Shown one piece after another: positions 31,938 through 40,837 of a DNA stretch of 64,000 bases. The translations under genes were made by a program, and so were the position numbers. Below the pieces are notes generated by a model, which saw nothing but the letters and a program-made list of their open reading frames with translations, did not search any database and had not been told where the DNA came from. Every line of letters begins with the position of its first letter. The stretch's first letter is position 1. The DNA is from Acidimicrobiaceae bacterium (lineage in GTDB: Bacteria; Actinomycetota; Acidimicrobiia; Acidimicrobiales; Aldehydirespiratoraceae): the NCBI GenBank assembly GCA_016845585.1, contig JAERSO010000149.1, positions 42,872-106,871 of the forward strand, in the 5' to 3' direction.

Positions 31938-32079
31938 GGCCGGATCGTACGAGCTTTTGGCGTTGTGACCTTGATCACGTGCGCGTCACCCTTGTCTCGG
32001 GGCCGGGTACCGTTTCCGCCGCTACCACGGCCATCGCAACTCGACGCCGTTCCCCGAGAGCAGGACGATCCCCCGAATC

Positions 32080-32949
32080 ATGCAGACCTCACTGCACCGT
32101 CGAATCCTCGTATCACTTGTCGCCTGTTTCGTTTTCGCGACCACCGCTCCAGCGGGTGCGGCCGAAGAATTCGGCGATGTCGAAGACGACAGGTACTACT
32201 CCGAAGCCGTGGGCTGGATGGTGAGCGAAGGCATCACCACCGGCATCGAACCTGGTTGCTACGGCCCAGAGGAAGCCGTGAGCCGCGGACAGATCGCCAC
32301 ATTCCTGTTCCGTCTCGACTCCTCGCACGGCAACGCTCCCGAGTACTTCGATCATCCGTTCGACGACGTCCGGGCGACGTACCAACAGCGGCCGGTCGGA
32401 TGGCTCTACGGGACCGGCGTCTCGACGGGCACCTCTCGCACGACCTTCTCGCCGGACGCGCCGATCAGCCGCGGCGACTTCGCGGTCATGTTGTGGCGCT
32501 ACGCGGGTCGCCCTGCCCCGAACGGCGATCATCATTTCACCGACGTTCTCCGCAGCTACCAGCACGACGCGATCTCCTGGATGGTCGAGCGAGGCATCAC
32601 GACGGGGACCAGCGCGATCACTTTCAGCCCCGAGGTCACGATGAATCGGGCCCAGGCCGCCACCTTCATCCACCGCTACATCGCACCCGAACCGCAGGGC
32701 CGAACCGAGTCCACCGACCAGGCATGCAGCCGTCCGCTGCGCAGAGCACTGGAGACCGTCGGCCTGTCGAGCGGCGAAGCACGCTGCATCGCCCCGTTCC
32801 TGGCTGACTACGACGTCGACTTTCTCGTTCGGATCGCGAATGGCGAGGAGGGCGCCCCGATCGATCTGATCTTCGCGGTGGCGGCAGCGCTCCAGGACGG
32901 GTGCCTGTCGGATCGGAAGATCGCGGGGCTGTCTCGCCGCTACCTGTAG
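32080..32949 (+). CDS. Secreted protein with three tandem S-layer-homology (SLH) domains and a small Cys-containing C-terminal domain
   Basis: Signal peptide, then three ~50-aa repeats beginning FGDVEDD, FDDVRAT and FTDVLRS. Each has the ITTG(T) and ITR(G/A)Q/DFA consensus of SLH domains. Confidence 0.75.
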   Translation: MQTSLHRRILVSLVACFVFATTAPAGAAEEFGDVEDDRYYSEAVGWMVSEGITTGIEPGCYGPEEAVSRGQIATFLFRLDSSHGNAPEYFDHPFDDVRATYQQRPVGWLYGTGVSTGTSRTTFSPDAPISRGDFAVMLWRYAGRPAPNGDHHFTDVLRSYQHDAISWMVERGITTGTSAITFSPEVTMNRAQAATFIHRYIAPEPQGRTESTDQACSRPLRRALETVGLSSGEARCIAPFLADYDVDFLVRIANGEEGAPIDLIFAVAAALQDGCLSDRKIAGLSRRYL

Positions 32950-32958
32950 CGAGACTCG

Positions 32959-34320
32959 CTAGTTGTCCGGGTCGCCCAGCGTCATACCACTGAGCGACGG
33001 GTCGCAGTCGTAGACACCCGGGGTGGTCGGCACGCGCCGCTCGAACCGCCCGCCCTCGACACCGACGATCACCGCGCACGTGTCGGAGAAGGCGCCGGAG
33101 CCGAGGGTGCGGTGGAGCCCGCCGCTGGTCCACCCGGCGAGCGTCGAAGCGTGTTCGACGAGGCATTCCCGCCCGAGACCGAGCCCGCAAGCGTCTGCCG
33201 CCGTGGCGAACCGCCAGAACGCGGATGCAGCGAGGAGCGCGTCACCGGTGGGCTCAACGGCAACCTCGTCGAGGATCTCGACGTAACGAGCGGTGATCGG
33301 CGCGGCGTCACCATCCTCGATCGGGCGGAACGGGAGTTCGACGAGCAATCGACTCGTGGGTGCACCCGTCGCATCCGCCTCGGCGATGCATGCGTGGTCG
33401 TACGCCGACGGACCGCTCATCACCAGCGGCGGCATCTCGTCGTCGAGGAAGGCACGCAAGAGCGGCGTGATGACCGAGGTGCACGGACCGTCGATTCGAA
33501 CGAGCCCACCATCGACGTCACGGATGGACTCAGCGATGGCTTCCCAGTCCGGGGCAGCATCGATCGGATACGTCAACGAAGCCACGACTGAAGCGGGAAC
33601 AGTGGAGGCGTGAAGCGCCGCGGCGCGCGCCTCGTTCGCGTCGATGCCACTGGTGGTGTCGGGCCCGACGAGCACGACTCGCTCCGCTGCTGCTTCGCTC
33701 GAAACAGCGTGGAGGAACCCAACCAGCACCACCGGCATGCCGATCGTGAGATCGTCGAGCCAACCATCGAAGGACGGCAACCCGCAGGCCTCGCGACCGG
33801 CGGCGGCGTCGTCCGCGAGGAGATAGCCCTGGCCCACGACCGCCGTGACTTCCTGGCACTGCGCGAGGGTTCGCGACTCGATTTCAACGACCGCCGCGTC
33901 GTATTCGACGACGCGGACTTCGCGCCCGACCAGACCGCCGAGCTCGTTGCAGTGGCCGGCCATCACCTCGACCGCGTCGGGCATACCCCGACCCGAGCCC
34001 GCCGAGTACAAACCGCCTCGGTCGTTCCCGACGCCGATCGTGATCGCGTCGGCGTCGATCCCGATCTCGTCGCGGATGACCGCCCGCGAAGCCTCACCAC
34101 CGCGGCCACACGGAAGGGCCATCTCACCGATCGCCGGGCCCTCGATGGCCGGCGGATCGGTTGGCAGCGGCGGCAGAAGGGTCGTCCTCGACCCCTCCCC
34201 CACGACTGGCTCGGCGAACGGCGGCTCGACCGGGTCAGGGTCAGCCGAACAGGCACCGACGATCGCCATGATCGCCATGATCGCCATGAGGAGGGGGAGC
34301 CAGCGTCGCCGCATGCCCAC
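32959..34320 (-). CDS. ABC transporter substrate-binding lipoprotein (type I periplasmic binding fold, Liv/amide-binding-like)
   Basis: 453 aa. Lipobox IVGAC after a signal peptide containing MAIMAIMAI, encoded by a perfect 3x 9-bp tandem repeat. Confidence 0.55.
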   Translation of the reverse strand: MGMRRRWLPLLMAIMAIMAIVGACSADPDPVEPPFAEPVVGEGSRTTLLPPLPTDPPAIEGPAIGEMALPCGRGGEASRAVIRDEIGIDADAITIGVGNDRGGLYSAGSGRGMPDAVEVMAGHCNELGGLVGREVRVVEYDAAVVEIESRTLAQCQEVTAVVGQGYLLADDAAAGREACGLPSFDGWLDDLTIGMPVVLVGFLHAVSSEAAAERVVLVGPDTTSGIDANEARAAALHASTVPASVVASLTYPIDAAPDWEAIAESIRDVDGGLVRIDGPCTSVITPLLRAFLDDEMPPLVMSGPSAYDHACIAEADATGAPTSRLLVELPFRPIEDGDAAPITARYVEILDEVAVEPTGDALLAASAFWRFATAADACGLGLGRECLVEHASTLAGWTSGGLHRTLGSGAFSDTCAVIVGVEGGRFERRVPTTPGVYDCDPSLSGMTLGDPDN

Positions 34321-34504
34321 GGGCTACCACACTCAGTGGGGCATCTGGCCTATGCCACGATCCGGTCGCCGGAAACTCAAGCCCGCAGGCGAACGGGCAG
34401 GAGAGACGTCAGCCGTTCCCGAGCGCTCGCGGCGCTCTGACCCCCGCATCCCAGCCGCGACGCCGCGCCGATTCGAGTCGGAGCCATCCAGCTACCCTGA
34501 GCAA

Positions 34505-34918
34505 ATGCGTCGCCTCCTCGCCCTGTTCGTGATCGGTTGCACGTTCGCAGCCGGCTGCGGAGGCGATTCCGACACGCCGGCCGAGTCCGACGAATGTGCC
34601 GGCGATGAGTGCGACACCGAGGACGGCAACGACACCGACGCCAACGACTCGACCGCCGACACCTCGCCGACCGAGACGGTCGACGCCGACGGCGAACCGA
34701 CCGACGACGTCGATCTGGAACCGGAGGACGATGTCAACACCGACCTCGTGGTGGCCGCCGTCGCCGAGGCCTGGGGTGTCGACGAAGATCTGGCTCGGTG
34801 CGTCGTGGAGGAACTCTCCCTGGACGATCCCGCGGCCATCGATCCCGCCGCGGTCGACGATCCGACCAAGGAGATCTGCGGCACGACGCTCCTCGAACTC
34901 ATGATCAACGCGGGATAG
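34505..34918 (+). CDS. Acidic low-complexity lipoprotein
   Basis: MRRLLALFVIGCTFAAGC lipobox signal, then a D/E/T-rich 120-aa mature region. A small C-terminal globular segment has two Cys. Confidence 0.5.
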   Translation: MRRLLALFVIGCTFAAGCGGDSDTPAESDECAGDECDTEDGNDTDANDSTADTSPTETVDADGEPTDDVDLEPEDDVNTDLVVAAVAEAWGVDEDLARCVVEELSLDDPAAIDPAAVDDPTKEICGTTLLELMINAG

Positions 34919-34920
34919 CC

Positions 34921-35205
34921 GTGGCTCGCCGATTCGCTCTCGTCGCGAGCATCACCCTCGCCGCGATCTCCCTGGCGGTCCTCATCGAACCCGCGGCGGC
35001 CGCCGGACTGGCTCAGTCCTCCGATGCCGAGTTCATCGACGATGCCGGCCGGATCATCGGATCGCCGCACGCCGGCCCGGATCCCGAGCACCCCGGCGAT
35101 CGCGGTGGCTACGCCCAGCTCATGACCTTCGGGATCATGGTCGGTGGCATCTCGTTCATCGTCTGGCGAGTCACACGCCAGATACGCCAGAACGCCGCCG
35201 GTTGA
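34921..35205 (+). CDS. Small protein with N-terminal signal peptide and C-terminal TM anchor
   Basis: GTG start one codon after the lipoprotein stop. VARRFALVASITLAAISLAVL signal, C-terminal FGIMVGGISFIVWRVTRQIRQ anchor. Confidence 0.4.
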   Translation: MARRFALVASITLAAISLAVLIEPAAAAGLAQSSDAEFIDDAGRIIGSPHAGPDPEHPGDRGGYAQLMTFGIMVGGISFIVWRVTRQIRQNAAG

Positions 35206-35242
35206 ACGGGACGGCACGGTGGCCTGGGGAGTCATCTCAGCT

Positions 35243-35290
35243 TAATTCTGACAAAAATGATCTGAATTAGTAGATATCCATACATTTGAG
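35243..35290 (+). promoter_or_regulatory. AT-rich promoter island: -35 CTGACA, 17-nt spacer, -10 TAGATA, overlapping the imperfect inverted repeat AATTCTGA-n9-TCTGAATT
   Basis: Roughly 30% GC over ~50 nt in a ~70% GC background, immediately upstream of cysH. Sigma-70-like hexamers read directly from the sequence. Confidence 0.5.
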
Positions 35291-35295
35291 CCGCT

Positions 35296-36045
35296 ATGGT
35301 CGCTCAGAATTCCGACTCTATCGCTCTGGATTCGCCGCCCATGACGACCGACACGACATTCGACACCGCAGTCTCGCTGCGCCGATCCCCCGCGTTCTCC
35401 GATGCCGACCTGGCTGATCTCAGCCGCGCCTTCGAGGGCGGCGGCCCCCATGAAGTGGTGGGGTGGGCATGCGAGGCCTTCGGCCCGCGCCTCGTTCTGT
35501 CCGCCTCGTTCGCCGACACACTTCTGATCCACATCGCGAGGGAGATCGATCCCGACATCGAGATCGTCTTCATCGACACGGGGTTCCACTTCGCGGAGAC
35601 TCTTGCGACGGTGCGCCGGGCACTGGAGCACTACTCGCTCAACCTCTCGGTCGTACACCCGAACCTCGAACCGGCCGATGTCTGGGGTTCGGGCGTCGAG
35701 AGTTGCTGCGGGGCGCGCAGGGTCGCCCCGCTCGAACGATTCCTGGCCGCCCGCGCCGACGCCTGGTTGAGCGGGCTCCGCCGAGATGACAGTTCCGATC
35801 GACTCTCCGCGCCGATCCTGGGTCGTGATCGCCGCGGCGTCGTCAAGATCAACCCGCTCGCGAGTTGGACACGTCCGCAACTCGACCGATTCGCCCGCGA
35901 CAACGACATCCTCGTGAATCCCCTGACGTCCGCGGGGTACTCCTCGATCGGTTGCTGGCCCTGCACCGAGCCGTCGACAGGTGACGACCTCCGGTCCGGC
36001 CGCTGGTCCGGATCGACGAAGACGGAATGTGGGCTGCACCAATGA
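35296..36045 (+). CDS. cysH: Adenylyl-sulfate (APS)/PAPS reductase, thioredoxin-dependent, Fe-S type
   Basis: PP-loop family with CC...CxxC cluster cysteines (SIGCWPCT) and the C-terminal KTECGLH catalytic motif. Confidence 0.88.
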   Translation: MVAQNSDSIALDSPPMTTDTTFDTAVSLRRSPAFSDADLADLSRAFEGGGPHEVVGWACEAFGPRLVLSASFADTLLIHIAREIDPDIEIVFIDTGFHFAETLATVRRALEHYSLNLSVVHPNLEPADVWGSGVESCCGARRVAPLERFLAARADAWLSGLRRDDSSDRLSAPILGRDRRGVVKINPLASWTRPQLDRFARDNDILVNPLTSAGYSSIGCWPCTEPSTGDDLRSGRWSGSTKTECGLHQ

Positions 36046-36683
36046 TGTATCAAACGAACCGGACCTACCCAGTGAACCTCGATCTCGCAGACCGTGCCGC
36101 ACTGGTGGTCGGTGCCGGCCCCATTGCCGCCCGCAAAGCAGCCGGACTCATACGGGCGGGCGCCATCGTCACCGTCGTTGCGCCTGAGGCCGTCGAGGAG
36201 ATCTCCTCTGACCCGGACCTGGTGTGGCACCAGCGACCGTATCGTCGCGGCGAGGTCGCGTCGTACTGGGTCGCCGTCACCGCCACGAACGATCCCGTCG
36301 TCAACGCCCAGGTCGCGACCGATGGCAAGGCCGCCCGGGTCTGGGTCAACTCCGCCGACGACCCGCAGAATTGCACCTTCACGCTGCCGGCCGTTGCTCG
36401 CCGCGGAAGCGTGCAGATCGCGATTTCCACCGACGGGCGAAGCCCGGCGGCCTCCAAATGGCTGCGGCGCAGGTTCGACCAGGAGCTGTCCAACGGCATC
36501 GCCGAACTCGTCGACCTCCTCGCGGAGGTACGCGAGGAGGCGAGAGCCGCCCACGGAACGAGCGAGGTCGACGGTTGGAGCTCGGCGCTCGATGGCGGCC
36601 TGCTCGAGCTCGTCCGCTCGGGTCGGATCACCGACGCCCGCCGCATCCTGCGATCTCATCTCGAACTGGAGCACGCATCATGA
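36042..36683 (+). CDS. Precorrin-2 dehydrogenase / sirohydrochlorin ferrochelatase (CysG N-domain / SirC-Met8-like)
   Basis: Rossmann motif VVGAGPIAARKAAGLIRAGAIVTVVAP. ATGATG at the cysH stop; the track ORF begins at 36027. Confidence 0.75.
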   Translation: MMYQTNRTYPVNLDLADRAALVVGAGPIAARKAAGLIRAGAIVTVVAPEAVEEISSDPDLVWHQRPYRRGEVASYWVAVTATNDPVVNAQVATDGKAARVWVNSADDPQNCTFTLPAVARRGSVQIAISTDGRSPAASKWLRRRFDQELSNGIAELVDLLAEVREEARAAHGTSEVDGWSSALDGGLLELVRSGRITDARRILRSHLELEHAS

Positions 36684-37423
36684 CCGTCCACCTCGTCGGC
36701 GCAGGTCCCGGAGACCCTGAACTCCTCACGATGCGCGCCGTCAACCTGCTACAACGCGCCGATGTCGTGATTCACGACCGTCTCATCGATTCCCGGGTCC
36801 TCGAACTCGCTCCACCCTCGGCGGAGCGGATCGACGTCGGCAAGCGCCCTGGTGCCCCGTCCACCGCCCAATCGCGGATCAATGACGTGCTGATCGATCG
36901 AGGGCGCCTGTTCGACTGTGTCGTCCGGCTCAAGGGCGGCGACCCGTTCGTGTTCGGCCGGGGAGGCGAGGAGGCGCTCGAACTGCGAGCCGCCGGTATC
37001 GAGGTGACCGAGACTCCAGGCATCACGTCGTCGATCGCAGCGCCGGCAGCGGCGGGCATCCCGGTGACGATGCGCGGCGTCAGCAGCGGCTTCACCGTCG
37101 TGACCGCCCACACGGACCCTCGTCACGATCCGACGCTCGATTGGTCGGCCCTCGCCCGGTCGGGCACCACGCTCGTGATCCTGATGGGTGCGGCGCGGAC
37201 ACGCCAGATCGCCGGTCGGCTCCTCGATGGCGGCCTCGCTCCCGACACCCCTGTCGCGGTGATCCACGCCGCCACCACCGGCGAGGAGAACACCCAGCGC
37301 ACGACGCTGGACACACTTCCCGACCTCGATGTGCGCAACCCGTCGACCATCGTCGTGGGCGCCGTCGCCGCCCAATCCGTCCTGAACCCCATCCCCACAC
37401 CGACAACCGGAGTTTCCCGATGA
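36680..37423 (+). CDS. cobA: Uroporphyrinogen-III C-methyltransferase (SUMT)
   Basis: MTVHLVGAGPGDPELLT N-terminus and GGDPFVFGRG motif. Stop/start overlaps on both sides. Confidence 0.88.
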   Translation: MTVHLVGAGPGDPELLTMRAVNLLQRADVVIHDRLIDSRVLELAPPSAERIDVGKRPGAPSTAQSRINDVLIDRGRLFDCVVRLKGGDPFVFGRGGEEALELRAAGIEVTETPGITSSIAAPAAAGIPVTMRGVSSGFTVVTAHTDPRHDPTLDWSALARSGTTLVILMGAARTRQIAGRLLDGGLAPDTPVAVIHAATTGEENTQRTTLDTLPDLDVRNPSTIVVGAVAAQSVLNPIPTPTTGVSR

Positions 37424-39213
37424 CCCTTCTCGAGCCCCCCTCGATCATCACCGACCCGATGGACCCGGAGATCCAGGCCGACATCGACAAGTTCCGCGAC
37501 GTGCTCCGCGGCTATGAGTCGGGCGACATCAGCGAAGACGTCTTCCGCGTCTTCCGCCTCACCAACGGCATCTACGGGCAGCGGCAGGGCGGGACCAACC
37601 AGATGGTCCGGGTGAAGGTGCCGTACGGCTCCATGACCCCCGAACAGTTCGACATGATCGCCTTCCTCGTCGACCGCTACAGCCGCGGGTGGGCACACAT
37701 CACCACCCGCCAGAACCTCCAGTTCCACTATGTGCAGCTCAGCGAGATCCCCGATGTGATGCAACACCTCGGCTCGGTGGGCCTCACCACCAGGGAGGCG
37801 TGCGGCGACACGGTTCGAAACGTGCAGGGCTGCCACCTCGCGGGCGCATGCCCGTTCGAGAACCTCGACATCACGCCGTGGGCCGAGGCGGCCTATCGCC
37901 ACTTCGTCCGCAATCCGATCGGGCAGCGACTGCCCCGAAAGTTCAAGATCAACTTCTCCGGATGCGAGACGGACTGTGGCCAGGCCATGTTCAACGACGC
38001 GGGCGTCGTGGCGACGACGCGTACGCGAGCCGACGGCTCCATCGAGGCCGGTTTCCGCGTGTACATCGCCGGCGGCCTCGGCACGACCCCACATGCGGCG
38101 CTCGCGCTGGAAGACTTCACACCCAAGGAGGAACTCCTCCCCACGATCGAGGCGATTCTGCGGGTCTTCGACCAGACCGGCAACCGGGACAACAAGCTCC
38201 GGGCTCGAATGAAGTGGGTCGTCGACCAGCTCGGTTTCGATGAGACGAAGCGGAGGATCCTCGCCAGCAGGAAGTTCCTGCTCGCCTCGGCCTCCTGGCC
38301 CGGAGGGCTCCCGGCCGAGGTCGTCCTGGCCGGTGACGAACCCGCCGGTCTCGATCAGTCCGGCGCCGTGACTCCGATCGGACAGGGCACACCCGTCTCG
38401 ATCGGCGGCCCGTCGGACTACGACCGCTGGCACGAGGCCAACGTCGTCCGCGGGATCGCGAACGGCCAGGTCTCGGCGTATGCCTGGGCTCCGCTCGGTG
38501 ACATCACCGGCGACCAGTTCCGCGCGATCGCCGACATCCAGCGCGAGTTCGACGCCGACATTCGCCTGACCAACCGCCAGAACCTCGTCATCCGGGGTCT
38601 CGACGAATCCGCTCTGCCCCACCTTCACGCCCAGCTCGCCGCGATCGAGATGGCCGAACCCGGGGCCGAGCTCGTTCGTGACGTGGTCGCCTGCCCCGGG
38701 GCCGACACGTGCAATCTCGCGGTGACCCAGAGTCGAGGACTGGCCAAGGCAATCGGCGACGCGCTCGATGCGGAGGGGCTCGGCGAGGTCGGTGGGCTCC
38801 GGATCAACATCTCCGGCTGCCCGAATTCGTGTGGCCAACACCACGCCGCCGACATCGGCTTCTTCGGAGCCGAACGCCGCGTCAACGGGCGATCGGCCCC
38901 GGGCTATCAGATGCTCCTCGGCGGATACATCGGCCAGGACCAGATGCACTTCGGCGACAAAGCGCTCCGACTCCCGGCGAAGAGTGCGGCCCAGGCTGCC
39001 GTTCGTGTCGTGCGCCGCTTCAACGAGGATCGGACGGTTGGAGAGTCGTTCCGAACATGGCTCGACAGGAGCGGTGGCGCCCAGGGCGTGGCTCGAGATC
39101 TGGCGGATCTCGACGCCTTCCCGGCGTATGAGGTCGACCCCTCGTTCTACGTGGACTTCGACGAGACCGGCCCGTACGTCGCCGAGATCGGCGAATCCGA
39201 GTGCGCGACCTGA
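37420..39213 (+). CDS. sirA: Ferredoxin-dependent sulfite (or nitrite) reductase, sirohaem/4Fe-4S
   Basis: Two NIR_SIR ferredoxin-like halves, with cluster cysteines (CPGADTCNLA...SGCPNSCGQHH). Start at MTLLEPP overlaps the cobA stop. Confidence 0.85.
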   Translation: MTLLEPPSIITDPMDPEIQADIDKFRDVLRGYESGDISEDVFRVFRLTNGIYGQRQGGTNQMVRVKVPYGSMTPEQFDMIAFLVDRYSRGWAHITTRQNLQFHYVQLSEIPDVMQHLGSVGLTTREACGDTVRNVQGCHLAGACPFENLDITPWAEAAYRHFVRNPIGQRLPRKFKINFSGCETDCGQAMFNDAGVVATTRTRADGSIEAGFRVYIAGGLGTTPHAALALEDFTPKEELLPTIEAILRVFDQTGNRDNKLRARMKWVVDQLGFDETKRRILASRKFLLASASWPGGLPAEVVLAGDEPAGLDQSGAVTPIGQGTPVSIGGPSDYDRWHEANVVRGIANGQVSAYAWAPLGDITGDQFRAIADIQREFDADIRLTNRQNLVIRGLDESALPHLHAQLAAIEMAEPGAELVRDVVACPGADTCNLAVTQSRGLAKAIGDALDAEGLGEVGGLRINISGCPNSCGQHHAADIGFFGAERRVNGRSAPGYQMLLGGYIGQDQMHFGDKALRLPAKSAAQAAVRVVRRFNEDRTVGESFRTWLDRSGGAQGVARDLADLDAFPAYEVDPSFYVDFDETGPYVAEIGESECAT

Positions 39214-39776
39214 GTGTGGCGGTCGCGGCCATCGACGCGGTGAACGCGACGGACCCGCGACGCCTCGAGGACCGTCCCCTCGCCCTCGTCCAGGGAGAGC
39301 GCTGCTGGTCATGGATCCATCGGCTGGCTCCAGACACCAGCAGCGCGCTCGCACTCGCGGCACGGGCACACCACCTCCGACGCTGGGACCTCCCGCGGTC
39401 GTCGTATCCGGCGGGGAGGTCGGGATATCTGCGGTGGCGTCGCGAGCAACGGTCACGTCATGCCACGGAGCTGAGGAGCCTTCTCGACTCGGTCTCGATG
39501 GATCAGGCAATCACCGAACGCGCCGTCGCGATCATCCAGAAGACCGGCCTCGGGGAAGACGTCGAGGTTCAGGCCTTCGAGGACGCGGTGTGCCTGACCT
39601 TCCTCGAGACCGAGTTCTCGTCGACCCCCGACCGCCTGGCCGACACCGAGAGAATGGCCTCCATCGTGGCCGGAAGCCTGAAGAAGATGAGCCACGACGG
39701 TCGCGCCCACGCCCTATCGCTCGCGCTCGGCGACGAGGAAGCGGCCGTGACCACCGCCGCGCTCCAACTTCTGTGA
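39201..39776 (+). CDS. Conserved hypothetical protein, possibly DUF4202-like, translationally coupled to sirA
   Basis: 191 aa. GTG start overlaps the sirA stop by 13 nt. Family assignment is from memory only. Confidence 0.4.
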   Translation: MRDLSVAVAAIDAVNATDPRRLEDRPLALVQGERCWSWIHRLAPDTSSALALAARAHHLRRWDLPRSSYPAGRSGYLRWRREQRSRHATELRSLLDSVSMDQAITERAVAIIQKTGLGEDVEVQAFEDAVCLTFLETEFSSTPDRLADTERMASIVAGSLKKMSHDGRAHALSLALGDEEAAVTTAALQLL

Positions 39777-39804
39777 GGGGTCGAGGGCTACCCTGATAAC
39801 ACTC

Positions 39805-40815
39805 ATGGTCGGCCCCAAGTTCAATGTCGAGTTCGATCCGCGGTACGGCGAGCTCGTCGACGTCTCAGCGATGCTCCGTCGAATCGTGTGCAAGAACCCG
39901 TCGAAGTTCACGTTCCACGGCACCGGCACCTACGTGATCGGCCACGGTGACGTGGCGATCGTCGATCCCGGCCCTCGTGACGCGGCCCACATCGATGCGC
40001 TGCTGAAAGCCCTCGATGGCGAGACGGTGCGCCACATCCTCATCACCCACACCCACGGCGACCATTCGCCTGCGTCCGCCGCGGTCGCTGAAGCCACCGG
40101 TGCGCCCGTACTCGGGTACGGACCCCACCCGAGCCACGCCGGCAGCGAAGGCTCGGCCACCGAGGACGATGACGACGATGATGACGACGAGACCGAGGAG
40201 CACACTGATGCCAGCGGCGGCTACGGCAGTGACGATCCCGACTTCGCGAAGAAGCACGAGGTCGACACCGACTTCGACCCCGAGTCACCCCTGCGTCACG
40301 GCGACATCATCGAAGGGCCGGGCTACACGATCGAAGCGCTCCACACCCCCGGCCACATCTCGAACCATCTGTGCTTCGCACTGGCCGAGGAGAACGCCGT
40401 ACTCAGTGGCGACCATGTGATGGGCTGGTCGACCACGATCATCCCGCCACCCGACGGCGACGTCGCCGCCTACCTCGACTCGCTGCAGGTGTTGATCGAC
40501 CGACCGCAGGACCAGCGGCTCTACCCGACCCACGGCGACCACATCGACGATCACCATCAGTACGTGAAGGCACTGCTCCAGCATCGCCACGCCCGCGAGG
40601 CGGGGATCATCGGGCAGCTGCAGGGCCGCCCGATGTCAGCCAAGGAGATGGTGCTCGAGCTCTACGCCGATGTCGCCAAACACCTGCACAAGCCGGCCGC
40701 ACGGTCGGTGGTGGCTCATCTCCGCAAGCTCCATGACGAGGGCACCGCGTCGCCGTCGATCGCTGGGGCCTCGACCACCAGCAGCAAGACGATGTGGGAA
40801 CTGACCGAGCGGTAG
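39805..40815 (+). CDS. MBL-fold metallo-hydrolase with an internal poly-Asp insertion
   Basis: HTHGDH zinc motif plus downstream H/D ligands. Inserted acidic tract EDDDDDDDDETEE (nt ~40165-40200). Confidence 0.7.
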   Translation: MVGPKFNVEFDPRYGELVDVSAMLRRIVCKNPSKFTFHGTGTYVIGHGDVAIVDPGPRDAAHIDALLKALDGETVRHILITHTHGDHSPASAAVAEATGAPVLGYGPHPSHAGSEGSATEDDDDDDDDETEEHTDASGGYGSDDPDFAKKHEVDTDFDPESPLRHGDIIEGPGYTIEALHTPGHISNHLCFALAEENAVLSGDHVMGWSTTIIPPPDGDVAAYLDSLQVLIDRPQDQRLYPTHGDHIDDHHQYVKALLQHRHAREAGIIGQLQGRPMSAKEMVLELYADVAKHLHKPAARSVVAHLRKLHDEGTASPSIAGASTTSSKTMWELTER

Positions 40816-40837
40816 ACCAACGCCTCAGGAGGGCCCG

